Shown here in pieces: positions 16,825 through 25,834 of a stretch of 54,767 nucleotides of DNA (position 1 is the stretch's first letter; every line of letters begins with the position of its first letter). Source of the stretch: Eubacteriales bacterium (GTDB lineage Bacteria > Bacillota > Clostridia > Oscillospirales > QAKW01); assembly GCA_045596965.1 (NCBI GenBank), contig JAZODI010000054.1, positions 1 through 54,767 on the forward strand, in the 5' to 3' direction. The position numbers and the translations under genes were made by a program. The notes under the pieces were generated by a model that saw only the letters and a list, made by a program, of their open reading frames with translations, was not told the origin of the DNA and made no database searches.

Positions 16825-17235
16825 ATGAAGAAAGCAAAGAAATATATTTATCCACTTCTTTTTTCTATTGGTTTTTTAGTTTCATGGTTGGCACTTGTGG
16901 CGATAATTAATGCCTCTTCCATTGGAGAGGGATATGGTGGTCTTGGTATGGGAATGTTAATTCTATTCGTGTGGCTTATAGTTGCACTGCCAATTTACTG
17001 CATAAAATATAGTAAAATAATTATTGATGAGAAATTTAAATTTTTGTTTTCCGCTTATAATTCTTTACTGATTATATTCTTTCATATTCTGCCTTTCAAT
17101 TTGCAAGGGCAAGCAACAATTGTTTCACTCTTTACACTTTGGGTGTTGTTTTGGAATACAGTTCCGCTAATTTGTCGATTGGTTTTTCGTAAACGTCAAC
17201 AAAAAGCTATCGCAAACCAAACTGAAAATCAGTGA
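16825..17235 (+). CDS. Hypothetical small integral membrane protein (136 aa, about 4 TM helices)
   Basis: Visibly AT-rich ORF with RBS AAGGCGG. Hydrophobic segments throughout. No motif recognised. Confidence 0.6.
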   Translation: MKKAKKYIYPLLFSIGFLVSWLALVAIINASSIGEGYGGLGMGMLILFVWLIVALPIYCIKYSKIIIDEKFKFLFSAYNSLLIIFFHILPFNLQGQATIVSLFTLWVLFWNTVPLICRLVFRKRQQKAIANQTENQ

Positions 17236-17297
17236 GATAAAGTGTTAATAATAAAAAAATCAACTTTTCGGATTTGTTCCGTTTTATTGGCGGTTTC

Positions 17298-17330
17298 AAA
17301 AACCTCTTTACGAATGTAAAGAGGTTTTTT
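17298..17330 (+). terminator. Rho-independent terminator
   Basis: AAAAACCTCTTTA-CGAATG-TAAAGAGGTTTTT plus T. The outer stem is identical to that of the terminator at 16562. Confidence 0.85.
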
Positions 17331-17403
17331 CTTTCCCAAACAGTCTATTTTTGAAAGGATGATCTATACTTATAATATACTTTATCGTTTTTGGGGGCTT
17401 GAT

Positions 17404-18228
17404 ATGAAAAAGTTCACTGGTATCTTTCTAAAGGGCGTCTTCATAGGCGGGACACTTTCTGTGCCCGGAGTAAGCGGCGGGTCAATGGCCATGATCTTGG
17501 GGATTTATGAAAAATTGATCCAATCAGTTAATATATTGATCGGTCATGGTGGAGAGAAAAAGAAAGCGGTGGGATTTTTATCTCTTTTCAGCATTGGGGC
17601 GGTTGTTGGAATTTTAGGGATTTCCGGAATCGTTGTTCGATTGTTGGATTGCTATCCCATGCAGATGGTGTTTTTCTTTTCGGGCGCGGTCGCCGGAGGA
17701 ATTCCTTTGATCTACGGGGAGGCGAAAAAGGAGCCTATACGCTTCATTCATTATATTTACTTGCTGGTTGGCGTGGCAAGTGTGGTGTTTTTATCCATCC
17801 TTCCTAAGGATTTGTTTCAAATGGAAGCGGGAGGTGGTTTCTGGAGTGTAACCATGCAGTTTTTAGGGGGCGTTATAGCGGCGATTGCTTTGGTTTTGCC
17901 CGGAATCAGCGTTTCCCATATGCTCTATGTTTTGGGTCTTTATAAAGGGATTATGGTTGCGATTACGGAATTTGATCTAATCGTTTTACTTCCCTTTGTT
18001 TTGGGCGCTTCGACAGGGGTTTTGCTATCCGCCCGCGGAATAAACTATTTGTTTGATCGTTTTCCGGGGTACACTTATTTTGTTGTTTTAGGGTTTATCC
18101 TCGGGTCTGTGGGTGAACTATTGAGTTCTGTTATGGGGGCGATCCCCCCATTATCCTGTTATCCTCTGGCGGTTTTGGGATTTTGCTCGGTATATTTCAT
18201 CTCCGGAAAGAAAAAAGCAGTCCATTAA
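17404..18228 (+). CDS. DUF368-family membrane protein (family implicated in undecaprenyl-phosphate recycling/translocation)
   Basis: Signature VPGVSGGSMAMILGIY near the N-terminus and a second LPGISVSHML repeat. Polytopic. ATG at 17404 preferred (GGGGG upstream). Confidence 0.8.
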   Translation: MKKFTGIFLKGVFIGGTLSVPGVSGGSMAMILGIYEKLIQSVNILIGHGGEKKKAVGFLSLFSIGAVVGILGISGIVVRLLDCYPMQMVFFFSGAVAGGIPLIYGEAKKEPIRFIHYIYLLVGVASVVFLSILPKDLFQMEAGGGFWSVTMQFLGGVIAAIALVLPGISVSHMLYVLGLYKGIMVAITEFDLIVLLPFVLGASTGVLLSARGINYLFDRFPGYTYFVVLGFILGSVGELLSSVMGAIPPLSCYPLAVLGFCSVYFISGKKKAVH

Positions 18229-18235
18229 ATTTTGC

Positions 18236-18264
18236 TTGCATTTTATATGTAGAAATATTAAAAT
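18236..18264 (+). promoter_or_regulatory. SigmaA-type promoter candidate
   Basis: TTGCAT, 17 nt spacer, TAAAAT. Confidence 0.4.
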
Positions 18265-18296
18265 AAATACAATGCTATATAAGGATTGAAACGATT

Positions 18297-19517
18297 GTGA
18301 AAAAAGTTGTTGTTATAGGAGGAGGCCCCGCGGGCTTAATGGCGGCGATCACTGCGGCTAAGGCCGGCGGGCGTGTTTCCTTGATCGAACAGAATAATAT
18401 GCTTGGCAGAAAACTTCTGATAACCGGTAAAGGCCGTTGTAACGTCACCAACTTTAGCTCGGAGGATGAGTTAATCTCCCAAGTTGTTACAAATCCAAAG
18501 TTTCTATATTCTGCCTTTAATGCCTTTAACGCCTATGATGCCTATGCTTTTTTCGAGGAAGAGGGCGTTCCCTTAAAGATTGAACGGGGCAATCGCGTTT
18601 TTCCGGAATCGGATCGGGCGGCGGATGTGCGGAATGCTTTGAAGACTGCCGCGCAACAAGCGGGCGTTTTCTTTATAAAGGATAAGGTTGTTGCGGTTTC
18701 TGCCGATCCTCTTTTGATAAAAGGGGAGGCGGGCGAATATCGTTGCGATGCCATAATTCTTGCTACAGGCGGCTGTTCCTATCCGCTTACAGGCTCCACC
18801 GGAGATGGCTATAAAATAGCAAAAATACTGGGACATTCGGTCGTTGAACCCCAACCCGCCCTGGTTGCGCTGGAGGAAGAGGGGAGAATCTGCTCCTCTT
18901 TGATGGGTTTATCACTTAAAAATATAAAAATCAGCATCTCAAACTGCAAAGGAAAAGGGCTTTACAGCGAATTCGGAGAAATGCTCTTTACCCATAAGGG
19001 GATTTCGGGTCCGATTGTTCTTTCTGCCTCATCATATTTAAAAAAATATGATTTTCCGTGTATTGCTGAGATTGATCTTAAACCGGCAATGGACGCAGAT
19101 ATGCTGGACAAACGGTTGCTGAGAGATTTTGAGGCCTTTACAAACAAGGATTTTCTCAACGCCTTGGACAAGCTTTTGCCTAAGAAAATCATTCCCTTGA
19201 TAATAGAGTTGAGTGGAATTGATCCCCACAGCAAGGTTCATCAGATCACCAAAGCACAGCGGGAGCGATTGGTTTACATAATCAAACATTTTCGGATCAA
19301 ACTGAAAGGAAAGGCAGGTTTCTCCGAGGCAATCATTACCTCGGGAGGAATCAACGTTCGTGAGATCGAGCCAAGCACCATGCAATCCAAATTGATTCCC
19401 GGATTGTATTTTGCCGGTGAGGTGATGGATGTGGATGCCTTGACCGGTGGATATAATCTTCAAATAGCGTATTCAACGGGTTATCTTGCGGGTTTATCCG
19501 CAGCCAAGGAGGAGTAA
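18297..19517 (+). CDS. HI0933/YhiN (BaiN-like) NAD(P)/FAD-dependent oxidoreductase
   Basis: VVVIGGGPAGLMAA dinucleotide fold, GKGRCNVTN, and C-terminal GLYFAGEVMDVDALTGGYNLQ. Confidence 0.8.
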   Translation: MKKVVVIGGGPAGLMAAITAAKAGGRVSLIEQNNMLGRKLLITGKGRCNVTNFSSEDELISQVVTNPKFLYSAFNAFNAYDAYAFFEEEGVPLKIERGNRVFPESDRAADVRNALKTAAQQAGVFFIKDKVVAVSADPLLIKGEAGEYRCDAIILATGGCSYPLTGSTGDGYKIAKILGHSVVEPQPALVALEEEGRICSSLMGLSLKNIKISISNCKGKGLYSEFGEMLFTHKGISGPIVLSASSYLKKYDFPCIAEIDLKPAMDADMLDKRLLRDFEAFTNKDFLNALDKLLPKKIIPLIIELSGIDPHSKVHQITKAQRERLVYIIKHFRIKLKGKAGFSEAIITSGGINVREIEPSTMQSKLIPGLYFAGEVMDVDALTGGYNLQIAYSTGYLAGLSAAKEE

Positions 19518-19520
19518 CAG

Positions 19521-20189
19521 ATGGGAAAAAATATTGCGATCGACGGGCCGAGCGGTGCGGGGAAAAGCACTCTTGCCAGAAAACTTGCAGAAAAATTAGA
19601 TTTTATTTATGTTGATACCGGTGCATTATATCGGACGGTGGGACTTCATGTTTTCCGCAAAGGTATTGAGCCTACCGATGTTGAGGCTGTTGCGGCTGTT
19701 TTGCCCGAGATCAATGTTATGATCCGTTTTATTAATGGGGAACAGCATGTTTATCTCAACGGTGAGGATGTTTCCGGGGATATTCGCTTGCATGAGGTGA
19801 GCCAATATGCATCTTTGACCAGCGCCATTCCTGCCGTTCGTCAATTTTTATTTGAGACTCAGCGAAGATTGGCAGCTGAGAATGATGTAATTATGGACGG
19901 TCGGGATATCGGCACCGTTGTTTTGCCGGATGCAGACGTGAAGATCTTTTTGACAGCTCGGCCGGAAGTGCGGGCCGAACGGCGTTATCGGGAACTTTTG
20001 GAACGTGGCCAAGAGGTGAATTTTGAGCAAATTCTGGCAGACGTTAATCGGCGGGATGAGCAGGATATGAATCGACCGGTCGCGCCTTTGAAGCCCGCAG
20101 ACGATAGTGTTATTCTGGATACATCCGAATGTAGTTTCGATGAATCTTTGATGTTGCTTTATAAGACCGTGAAGGAAAGGCTGAACTGA
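19521..20189 (+). CDS. cmk: Cytidylate kinase
   Basis: IAIDGPSGAGKST P-loop, YVDTGALYR, DGRDIGTVV. Confidence 0.93.
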   Translation: MGKNIAIDGPSGAGKSTLARKLAEKLDFIYVDTGALYRTVGLHVFRKGIEPTDVEAVAAVLPEINVMIRFINGEQHVYLNGEDVSGDIRLHEVSQYASLTSAIPAVRQFLFETQRRLAAENDVIMDGRDIGTVVLPDADVKIFLTARPEVRAERRYRELLERGQEVNFEQILADVNRRDEQDMNRPVAPLKPADDSVILDTSECSFDESLMLLYKTVKERLN

Positions 20190-20192
20190 TTG

Positions 20193-22163
20193 ATGGCGGT
20201 TAGAGTGATTGAACACGCGGGGTTTTGCTTTGGCGTATCCCGCGCGGTGGATTTGCTTGAAAAGGAGATTGAAAAAGGGAGTGCCCCTTTATATACGGTT
20301 GGGCCTATCATCCATAACCCCCAGATTATTGAGGAGATGAAGGGGAAAGGGGTTATTATCGCCGAGGACGTGCGGGATATCCCCGGGGGCAGTACGGCGG
20401 TTATCCGCGCCCACGGAATAACCAAAGAGGATCTGACCTATTTGGAGAAGAGTGGGATCCAATATATTGACGCCACCTGTCCGTTTGTTGAAAAAATTCA
20501 TCGGATCGTTGAAAAAGAGGCGAAAAATACTATTCTTATCGGCGGAAACCCCGACCATCCGGAGGTTCGGGGCATCCATAGTTATTGCGGGGAAGATACC
20601 TATGTTTTTCGCAATGCGGAGGAATTGGAGAAAATTGCTGAAAACAATCCTTCTTTTTCGTCAAAATACATAGTTGTTGTATGGCAAACCACCTTTAATT
20701 TAAAAGAATTTGAAAAATGTTTGTTAATTCTTAAAAAAAAGTTTGAAAATTTGAAACTTTATGATACAATATGTAAAGCGACTCATGTTCGGCAGCAAGA
20801 AACGGCTGCCCTTGCCGCAGAAAGTGATGCTATGATCATTGTCGGCGGTAAGCAGAGTTCCAACACGGCAAAGCTGCATTCCATTGCGAAGGCAGTATGC
20901 CCCTGCACGATTTTAATCGAGCAAGCTAATGAGGTACCAATAAATTTGTTATATAAAGAGAGGATTGGTATTGCAGGCGGGGCTTCCACCCCTGTCTGTA
21001 TCATCGAGGAGGTAAAACGTATTATGTCGGAACAAAATGTTAACTTGGTTGAGGAAGAATTGACCTTTGAGCAAATGCTTGAGAATTCCTTGAAAGTAAT
21101 TAGTAATGGAGATAGGGTGAAGGGCATTGTTGTCGGAATTAATCCTTCCGAAGTTAAGGTCGACCTTGGAACTAAGTATTCCGGCTTCATTACCAGAGAT
21201 AATTTCTCTGCAGATCCTTCTTTTGATCTGATGAGAGATGTTGCTGTTGGCGATGAGATTGAATGCATCGCATTGAGAGTTAATGATGTCGAAGGTACTG
21301 TTGCTCTTTCTAAGAAGAAGGTAGATGCCCTGGCCGGTTTTGAAAAGCTGGAAAAGGCATGCGAAGAGAAGGCTACCCTGGAGGGTAAGGTTGTTGAGGT
21401 TACCAACGGCGGTCTGACCGTTATGATCGATGGTTCCCGCGTGTTTGTACCCAAGTCCCTTTCCGGTAAGCCCCGTAGCTTCGATTTTGATACTATGATG
21501 AACGAAACCGTTGAACTGCAGATCGCTGAGATCTCTGTTGTTCGCGGCCGTAAAAAGGTGATCGGTTCCATGCGCGCTCTGGAAGCAGAGAAGCGTAAGG
21601 CTGCCCGCCAGGAATTCTGGGATAATGCCGCTGTCGGCAATCGTTACAACGGTGTTGTTAAGTCTCTGACTACTTTCGGTGCGTTTGTTGATCTGGGCGG
21701 TGTTGACGGCCTGTTGCATATCACCGAAATGTCTTGGAATAAGATCAAGCATCCCAGCGATATCATGAACGTTGGCGATGAAATCGACGTTTACATCAAG
21801 GCAATCGACGATGAGAAGAAAAAAATATCTCTCGGTTATAAGAAAGCAGAGGATAATCCCTTTGTTCTCTTCACCAATCAGTATGGCGTTGGTGATGTTG
21901 CCACTGTTAAGATCATGAATCTGATGCCCTTCGGTGCGTTTGCACGCATCATCGAGGGCGTTGACGGTTTGATCCATATCTCTCAGATCAGCACCAAGCA
22001 TATCGCAAAGCCCGCAGATGTTCTGAAGGTTGGCGATGAGGTTGAGGTTAAGATCGTTGATATCAATGAGGAGACTCAGAAGGTTGGTCTTTCCATCCGC
22101 GCTTTGATGGAAGAGGCTGCCGAGGCAGAAGAAGCTGCTCCTGCTGAAGAAGCCGCTGAATAA
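20193..22163 (+). CDS. ispH: Bifunctional IspH (HMBPP reductase) / ribosomal protein S1 fusion
   Basis: N-terminal LytB motifs (HAGFCFGVSRAV, GPIIHN, DATCPFV, SSNT) followed in the same frame by four S1 repeats (e.g. GAFVDLGGVDGLLHITEMS, GAFARIIEGVDGLIHISQIS). Confidence 0.9.
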   Translation: MAVRVIEHAGFCFGVSRAVDLLEKEIEKGSAPLYTVGPIIHNPQIIEEMKGKGVIIAEDVRDIPGGSTAVIRAHGITKEDLTYLEKSGIQYIDATCPFVEKIHRIVEKEAKNTILIGGNPDHPEVRGIHSYCGEDTYVFRNAEELEKIAENNPSFSSKYIVVVWQTTFNLKEFEKCLLILKKKFENLKLYDTICKATHVRQQETAALAAESDAMIIVGGKQSSNTAKLHSIAKAVCPCTILIEQANEVPINLLYKERIGIAGGASTPVCIIEEVKRIMSEQNVNLVEEELTFEQMLENSLKVISNGDRVKGIVVGINPSEVKVDLGTKYSGFITRDNFSADPSFDLMRDVAVGDEIECIALRVNDVEGTVALSKKKVDALAGFEKLEKACEEKATLEGKVVEVTNGGLTVMIDGSRVFVPKSLSGKPRSFDFDTMMNETVELQIAEISVVRGRKKVIGSMRALEAEKRKAARQEFWDNAAVGNRYNGVVKSLTTFGAFVDLGGVDGLLHITEMSWNKIKHPSDIMNVGDEIDVYIKAIDDEKKKISLGYKKAEDNPFVLFTNQYGVGDVATVKIMNLMPFGAFARIIEGVDGLIHISQISTKHIAKPADVLKVGDEVEVKIVDINEETQKVGLSIRALMEEAAEAEEAAPAEEAAE

Positions 22164-22176
22164 GAAAAATAATACT

Positions 22177-22207
22177 AAAAAGCACCATGGATCTCATGGT
22201 GCTTTTT
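22177..22207 (+). terminator. Rho-independent terminator after ispH/S1
   Basis: AAAAAGCACCATG-GATCT-CATGGTGCTTTTT. Confidence 0.85.
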
Positions 22208-22257
22208 AATACTTAATCGGCACGCTTTTGGCTTTTGGAATGAAATGGGTGATAATA

Positions 22258-24270
22258 ATGGGGTATATACGTAATTTTAGAAAAGAACTTCCGGGGCTGG
22301 CGGTATTTTCGTTTTTGCAAGTGTTTGTCTGCTTCTTTCTTACTGCACGGTTGCAGACGTTTTTGAAGGATGCATGGAGTGTTGCATTAGATGCAAAGGT
22401 CTTTTATTTTATATTTTTAACATTCTCTTTGCTGCTTACCGTATTTTTGCCTTTGCTGATAAACTATCTTAAAAAATATTATGTCAGCCCCTGGCTTTCC
22501 GCCGCGGCCGCTGTATTTGCCCTTATATTTGTTTCGTTGTGCCACGGAATAGTTGTAACGCAGTGTTGCTTCGGTCATAATACGTTTCTTTGCTCAGTCG
22601 GTGCGGTTGTTTTTCTGGCGGTATTTTTTTATTTGCTTTTTTCAAGCGCCGTCTTTGTTATGAAAAAAGTGTTTTCCTCGCCCCCTGATAAAAAAGATTT
22701 GCTCGTAGGAATATTGATTTTTGCAGTACTTAACCTATGGGCGATTGTTTTTTGCATGTCTATGAAGAAAATATTTGTTTGGGATAATGCAGGCTATTTC
22801 CCGACAGTTTTGGAATTAGACGAGATCTTCCCATCGAAAGAGTATTTTAAAGCTGTTTATAGGTCGGTATTTGAAATTGATTACAATTACATCATTTCAG
22901 TGCCTGCAAGTATAATGTGTAAGATATTCGGAAAGACAAGACTTGTTTTTGTCCTCGGAATATTTAATTTTTATCTTTTTCCCCTTTGTCTTATGATATA
23001 TGCTGCGGCAAGGCGGATTTTTAAAGTGTCCCGTATAAAAAGCATTTGTACTTTGGTAGCATTACCTATACTTATTTTTTCTGTAAACGGTTTTATCGAT
23101 ATCGGCGGAGTTTTGCCGCTGTTTGCCTCTGCGGTGCTGTTTTTGTACTGTAAAAACGAAAAGGCGGGGCCCGTTATAGGTACGTTGCTCGCCTTCAGCG
23201 TTTTGATGAGAAGATGGTATTCCTTTTATGCAGTGGCGTTTATCATTGTTGCCATTATCTATGAGGTTTTCAACCGGAAGTTAAGGCATTCTCTTGAAAT
23301 GGTTGCTTTTTCTGGATTTACATTGTTTTTCTTTGCGCAAAAACTGGTATCTGAAAGATTACTCGCCGATTACGGAAACCTTTATAGTGCTTATGCACTG
23401 GGGCTGAAATATGATATTTTTCTTTTTGCAAGATATTTCGGTGTTATACTAACGTTAATTGTCACTGTTTATACTGTTTTTCTTCAAATAAAGCATTTCC
23501 GAAAAGGCATGCTTCCTGAAACTTTTGCCCTTTTGTCCGGGGCACTCTGTTTCTTGATGTTTGTTGGGGTTCAAACTCACGGTCAGCAGCATTTATACCT
23601 TTATATTCCGTCCTTTGCTATTATTTGTATGTCGCTTTTAAAGGCGCTCAAGGCGAGGTTCGTTGCAATTGCAGGTGTTTGTTTTTGTTTGTTGCAGACA
23701 GCAAATACCTTTGTTCCGAGAGTACAACCAACGGCTATACGGGAACTTACATCTCCGGCGATTATTCCTAATTTTTCAAATCTGCCCCCTATGGAAATGA
23801 ATACAGATCAAATACTTGATATGGTGGAGTATCTCGATGAAAACATTGGTGAAAAGGGTAAAACGCTTTGCTTTCTTTCTTCCTCGCTTGCCTTTAATAC
23901 CGATACATTGCGTTTTGCGGAGATTTCTCTTTCTGTTGATAAAAAATCGGATATCGAAAGAGATTCTTATATCAAGCCGATTCCGCAGGTGGACAACCGC
24001 GACGGGATTTCACATGAAATGTTTTTAACAGATTATATTCTTGTGCCTTCTGAACTGCAGATCCATCTTGCGGAAAGTGATCAGGAGGTGATCTCTGTTC
24101 CTTACCGGAAACTTGTTAACGCTGAAGGATTTGGCAAGGCATATGAAAAGACGGATGTAGTATTTACTATGGAAAGCGGCCTTGAGATCTATCTCTACCG
24201 CCGCACAAGAGAAGTTACTCTTGCCGAAAGGCGGGAAGTTACGGACGAGATATATAATCAACAGAAATAA
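22258..24270 (+). CDS. Large polytopic membrane protein with a C-terminal soluble domain; possible GT-C-fold glycosyltransferase
   Basis: At least 12 hydrophobic segments. A WDNAGYF loop motif is reminiscent of the DExxY loop of GT-C enzymes. The last ~180 aa are hydrophilic. ATG at 22258 preferred (GGGTGA upstream). The functional call is weak. Confidence 0.55.
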   Translation: MGYIRNFRKELPGLAVFSFLQVFVCFFLTARLQTFLKDAWSVALDAKVFYFIFLTFSLLLTVFLPLLINYLKKYYVSPWLSAAAAVFALIFVSLCHGIVVTQCCFGHNTFLCSVGAVVFLAVFFYLLFSSAVFVMKKVFSSPPDKKDLLVGILIFAVLNLWAIVFCMSMKKIFVWDNAGYFPTVLELDEIFPSKEYFKAVYRSVFEIDYNYIISVPASIMCKIFGKTRLVFVLGIFNFYLFPLCLMIYAAARRIFKVSRIKSICTLVALPILIFSVNGFIDIGGVLPLFASAVLFLYCKNEKAGPVIGTLLAFSVLMRRWYSFYAVAFIIVAIIYEVFNRKLRHSLEMVAFSGFTLFFFAQKLVSERLLADYGNLYSAYALGLKYDIFLFARYFGVILTLIVTVYTVFLQIKHFRKGMLPETFALLSGALCFLMFVGVQTHGQQHLYLYIPSFAIICMSLLKALKARFVAIAGVCFCLLQTANTFVPRVQPTAIRELTSPAIIPNFSNLPPMEMNTDQILDMVEYLDENIGEKGKTLCFLSSSLAFNTDTLRFAEISLSVDKKSDIERDSYIKPIPQVDNRDGISHEMFLTDYILVPSELQIHLAESDQEVISVPYRKLVNAEGFGKAYEKTDVVFTMESGLEIYLYRRTREVTLAERREVTDEIYNQQK

Positions 24271-24278
24271 TAGTAATA

Positions 24279-24305
24279 GGGCGTACTGTTCGCAGCAGTG
24301 CGCCC
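24279..24305 (+). terminator. Weak hairpin after the membrane-protein gene
   Basis: GGGCGTACTG-TTCGCAG-CAGTGCGCCC (one G-U pair), no T-tract. Confidence 0.35.
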
Positions 24306-24361
24306 TTGAATTATTTTCATATAAATCATTGTTTTGGAATATATTATTTATTCTTTAATTA

Positions 24362-24390
24362 TAGACATAATCATAAAGTTATGGTATAAT
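24362..24390 (+). promoter_or_regulatory. SigmaA-type promoter (extended -10) for miaB
   Basis: TAGACA, 17 nt spacer, TGgTATAAT. Confidence 0.6.
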
Positions 24391-24422
24391 GAAATGAATT
24401 TAAAATGGAGCAGAATGTTTGA

Positions 24423-25832
24423 ATGAGTAATTACAGCCGAACCGATGATAAAACCAATAATTCCAAGGATGCGATCGCATGGATCAAAAAGAATGTTGTT
24501 TTTTCAAATCATAAGCCGTTGGCCTGCGTGCGGACATACGGTTGCCAACAGAATGTGGCGGATAGTGAACGCATGAAGGGGATGCTTTCGGAGATGGGGT
24601 ATGATTTTACCGATCGTACGGAAGACGCAGATTTGGTGTTGTTTAATACCTGCGCGGTACGGGAACACGCGGAACTAAAGGTATACGGAAATGTCGGGGC
24701 ATTAAAGAATTTGAAAAAGGCCAAACCCGATATGTTGATTATCTTATGCGGATGTATGATGCAGCAGGAAACGGTGCAAACTCAGATTCAAAAGAAATAT
24801 AAGCATGTGGACATTGTATTTGGCCCCTCCATGCTCCCGGAACTGCCGTTTATGATGAAACAGGCGATAGAACGGCGCGAAAAGGTTTTTACCCGCGAAG
24901 AGAACCCGAAAATTATCGAGGGGATCCCCATTGTTCGCGATGATGCCCATAAAGCCTGGGTATCGGTAATGTATGGGTGCAATAATTTTTGCACTTACTG
25001 CATTGTTCCCTATGTGCGGGGGCGTGAACGCAGCCGTGTAAGTGCTGAAATTCTTCGGGAAGTGGAGGAGTTGGTGCGGGAAGGGTATCGCGATATCACC
25101 CTTTTGGGCCAAAATGTCAATTCCTATGGCAAGGATCTGGAGGGTGAGATGGATTTTGCGGATCTGCTTGCCGCAATCAATCGTATCCCCGGTGAATTCT
25201 GGATTCGTTTTACTACCAGTCACCCTAAGGATTGCAGTTTCAAACTTTTAGATACCATGGCTTCCTGCGAAAAGGTATGCCATCAGCTTCAGCTTCCGTT
25301 CCAATCGGGGAGCAACCGCATCTTAAAAGAGATGAACCGTAATTATACGGCGGAATCCTATTATGAATTGATCGAGTATGCCCGAAAGGTGATGCCTGAT
25401 GTTGTTATTACCAGCGATGTTATCGTCGGCTTCCCGGGCGAGACAGAAGAGGATTTTCAGTGTACCCTCGATCTGGTGGATAAGGTGCAGTTCGATAATT
25501 TATATACCTTCAATTATTCCAGACGAACCGGGACCAAAGCGGCGCTGATGGAAAACCAAATAGAAGAATCGGTGAAGAAGGAACGTTTTAACCGTTTGTT
25601 GGAATTGCAACACGCTGTCTGCCTTAAAAAGAACAGGGAGATGGAAGGGAAGGATATCACCGTTTATGTTGAATCGGTCAGCAAAAACGATGCGGAAACG
25701 CTGAGCGGTAAAACTGCCGGTGGCAAAACGGTCGATTTCAAGGGTACACCCGAATTGATCGGAACATTTTGTAAAGTAACCGTAACCAAGGCGAAATCTT
25801 GGTCCTTGGACGGAAAAATAAAGGAGAAATAA
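24423..25832 (+). CDS. miaB: tRNA-i6A37 methylthiotransferase MiaB
   Basis: UPF0004 N-domain (TYGCQQN), radical-SAM motif CNNFCTYCIVP, C-terminal TRAM domain. Confidence 0.92.
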   Translation: MSNYSRTDDKTNNSKDAIAWIKKNVVFSNHKPLACVRTYGCQQNVADSERMKGMLSEMGYDFTDRTEDADLVLFNTCAVREHAELKVYGNVGALKNLKKAKPDMLIILCGCMMQQETVQTQIQKKYKHVDIVFGPSMLPELPFMMKQAIERREKVFTREENPKIIEGIPIVRDDAHKAWVSVMYGCNNFCTYCIVPYVRGRERSRVSAEILREVEELVREGYRDITLLGQNVNSYGKDLEGEMDFADLLAAINRIPGEFWIRFTTSHPKDCSFKLLDTMASCEKVCHQLQLPFQSGSNRILKEMNRNYTAESYYELIEYARKVMPDVVITSDVIVGFPGETEEDFQCTLDLVDKVQFDNLYTFNYSRRTGTKAALMENQIEESVKKERFNRLLELQHAVCLKKNREMEGKDITVYVESVSKNDAETLSGKTAGGKTVDFKGTPELIGTFCKVTVTKAKSWSLDGKIKEK

Positions 25833-25834
25833 AA

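Noticed and set aside
16487-17358. A prophage, ICE or integrase-type island at tRNA-Thr or tRNA-Leu.
   Set aside because: No integrase, recombinase, phage or conjugation gene occurs anywhere in the window. Only the small cassette reported above shows any insertion-like signature.
20783-22001. Two long antisense ORFs (285 and 350 aa) opposite the S1 part of ispH/S1. Similar codon-aligned antisense ORFs lie opposite cdaR (11650-12594), pfkA (52672-53508), pyrH (37572-38189), dnaE (51350-52051), polC (45807-46334) and miaB (24744-25223).
   Set aside because: For all but one the explanation is the same: they are in register with the sense codons, so they reflect avoidance of TTA/CTA/TCA. The 285-aa ORF (20783-21640) is in a different register and is not covered by that argument. 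I reject it as well because it has no start context or protein motif and lies opposite a strongly supported sense gene. None of the others has a start context or motif either.
24271-24422. Riboswitch, T-box or attenuator leaders in the longer intergenic regions (also 9179-9292, 10640-10750, 37365-37466).
   Set aside because: I could not recognise any conserved riboswitch core, T-box sequence or terminator/antiterminator alternative. These gaps are AT-rich promoter regions. A covariance-model scan (Rfam) would be the proper test.
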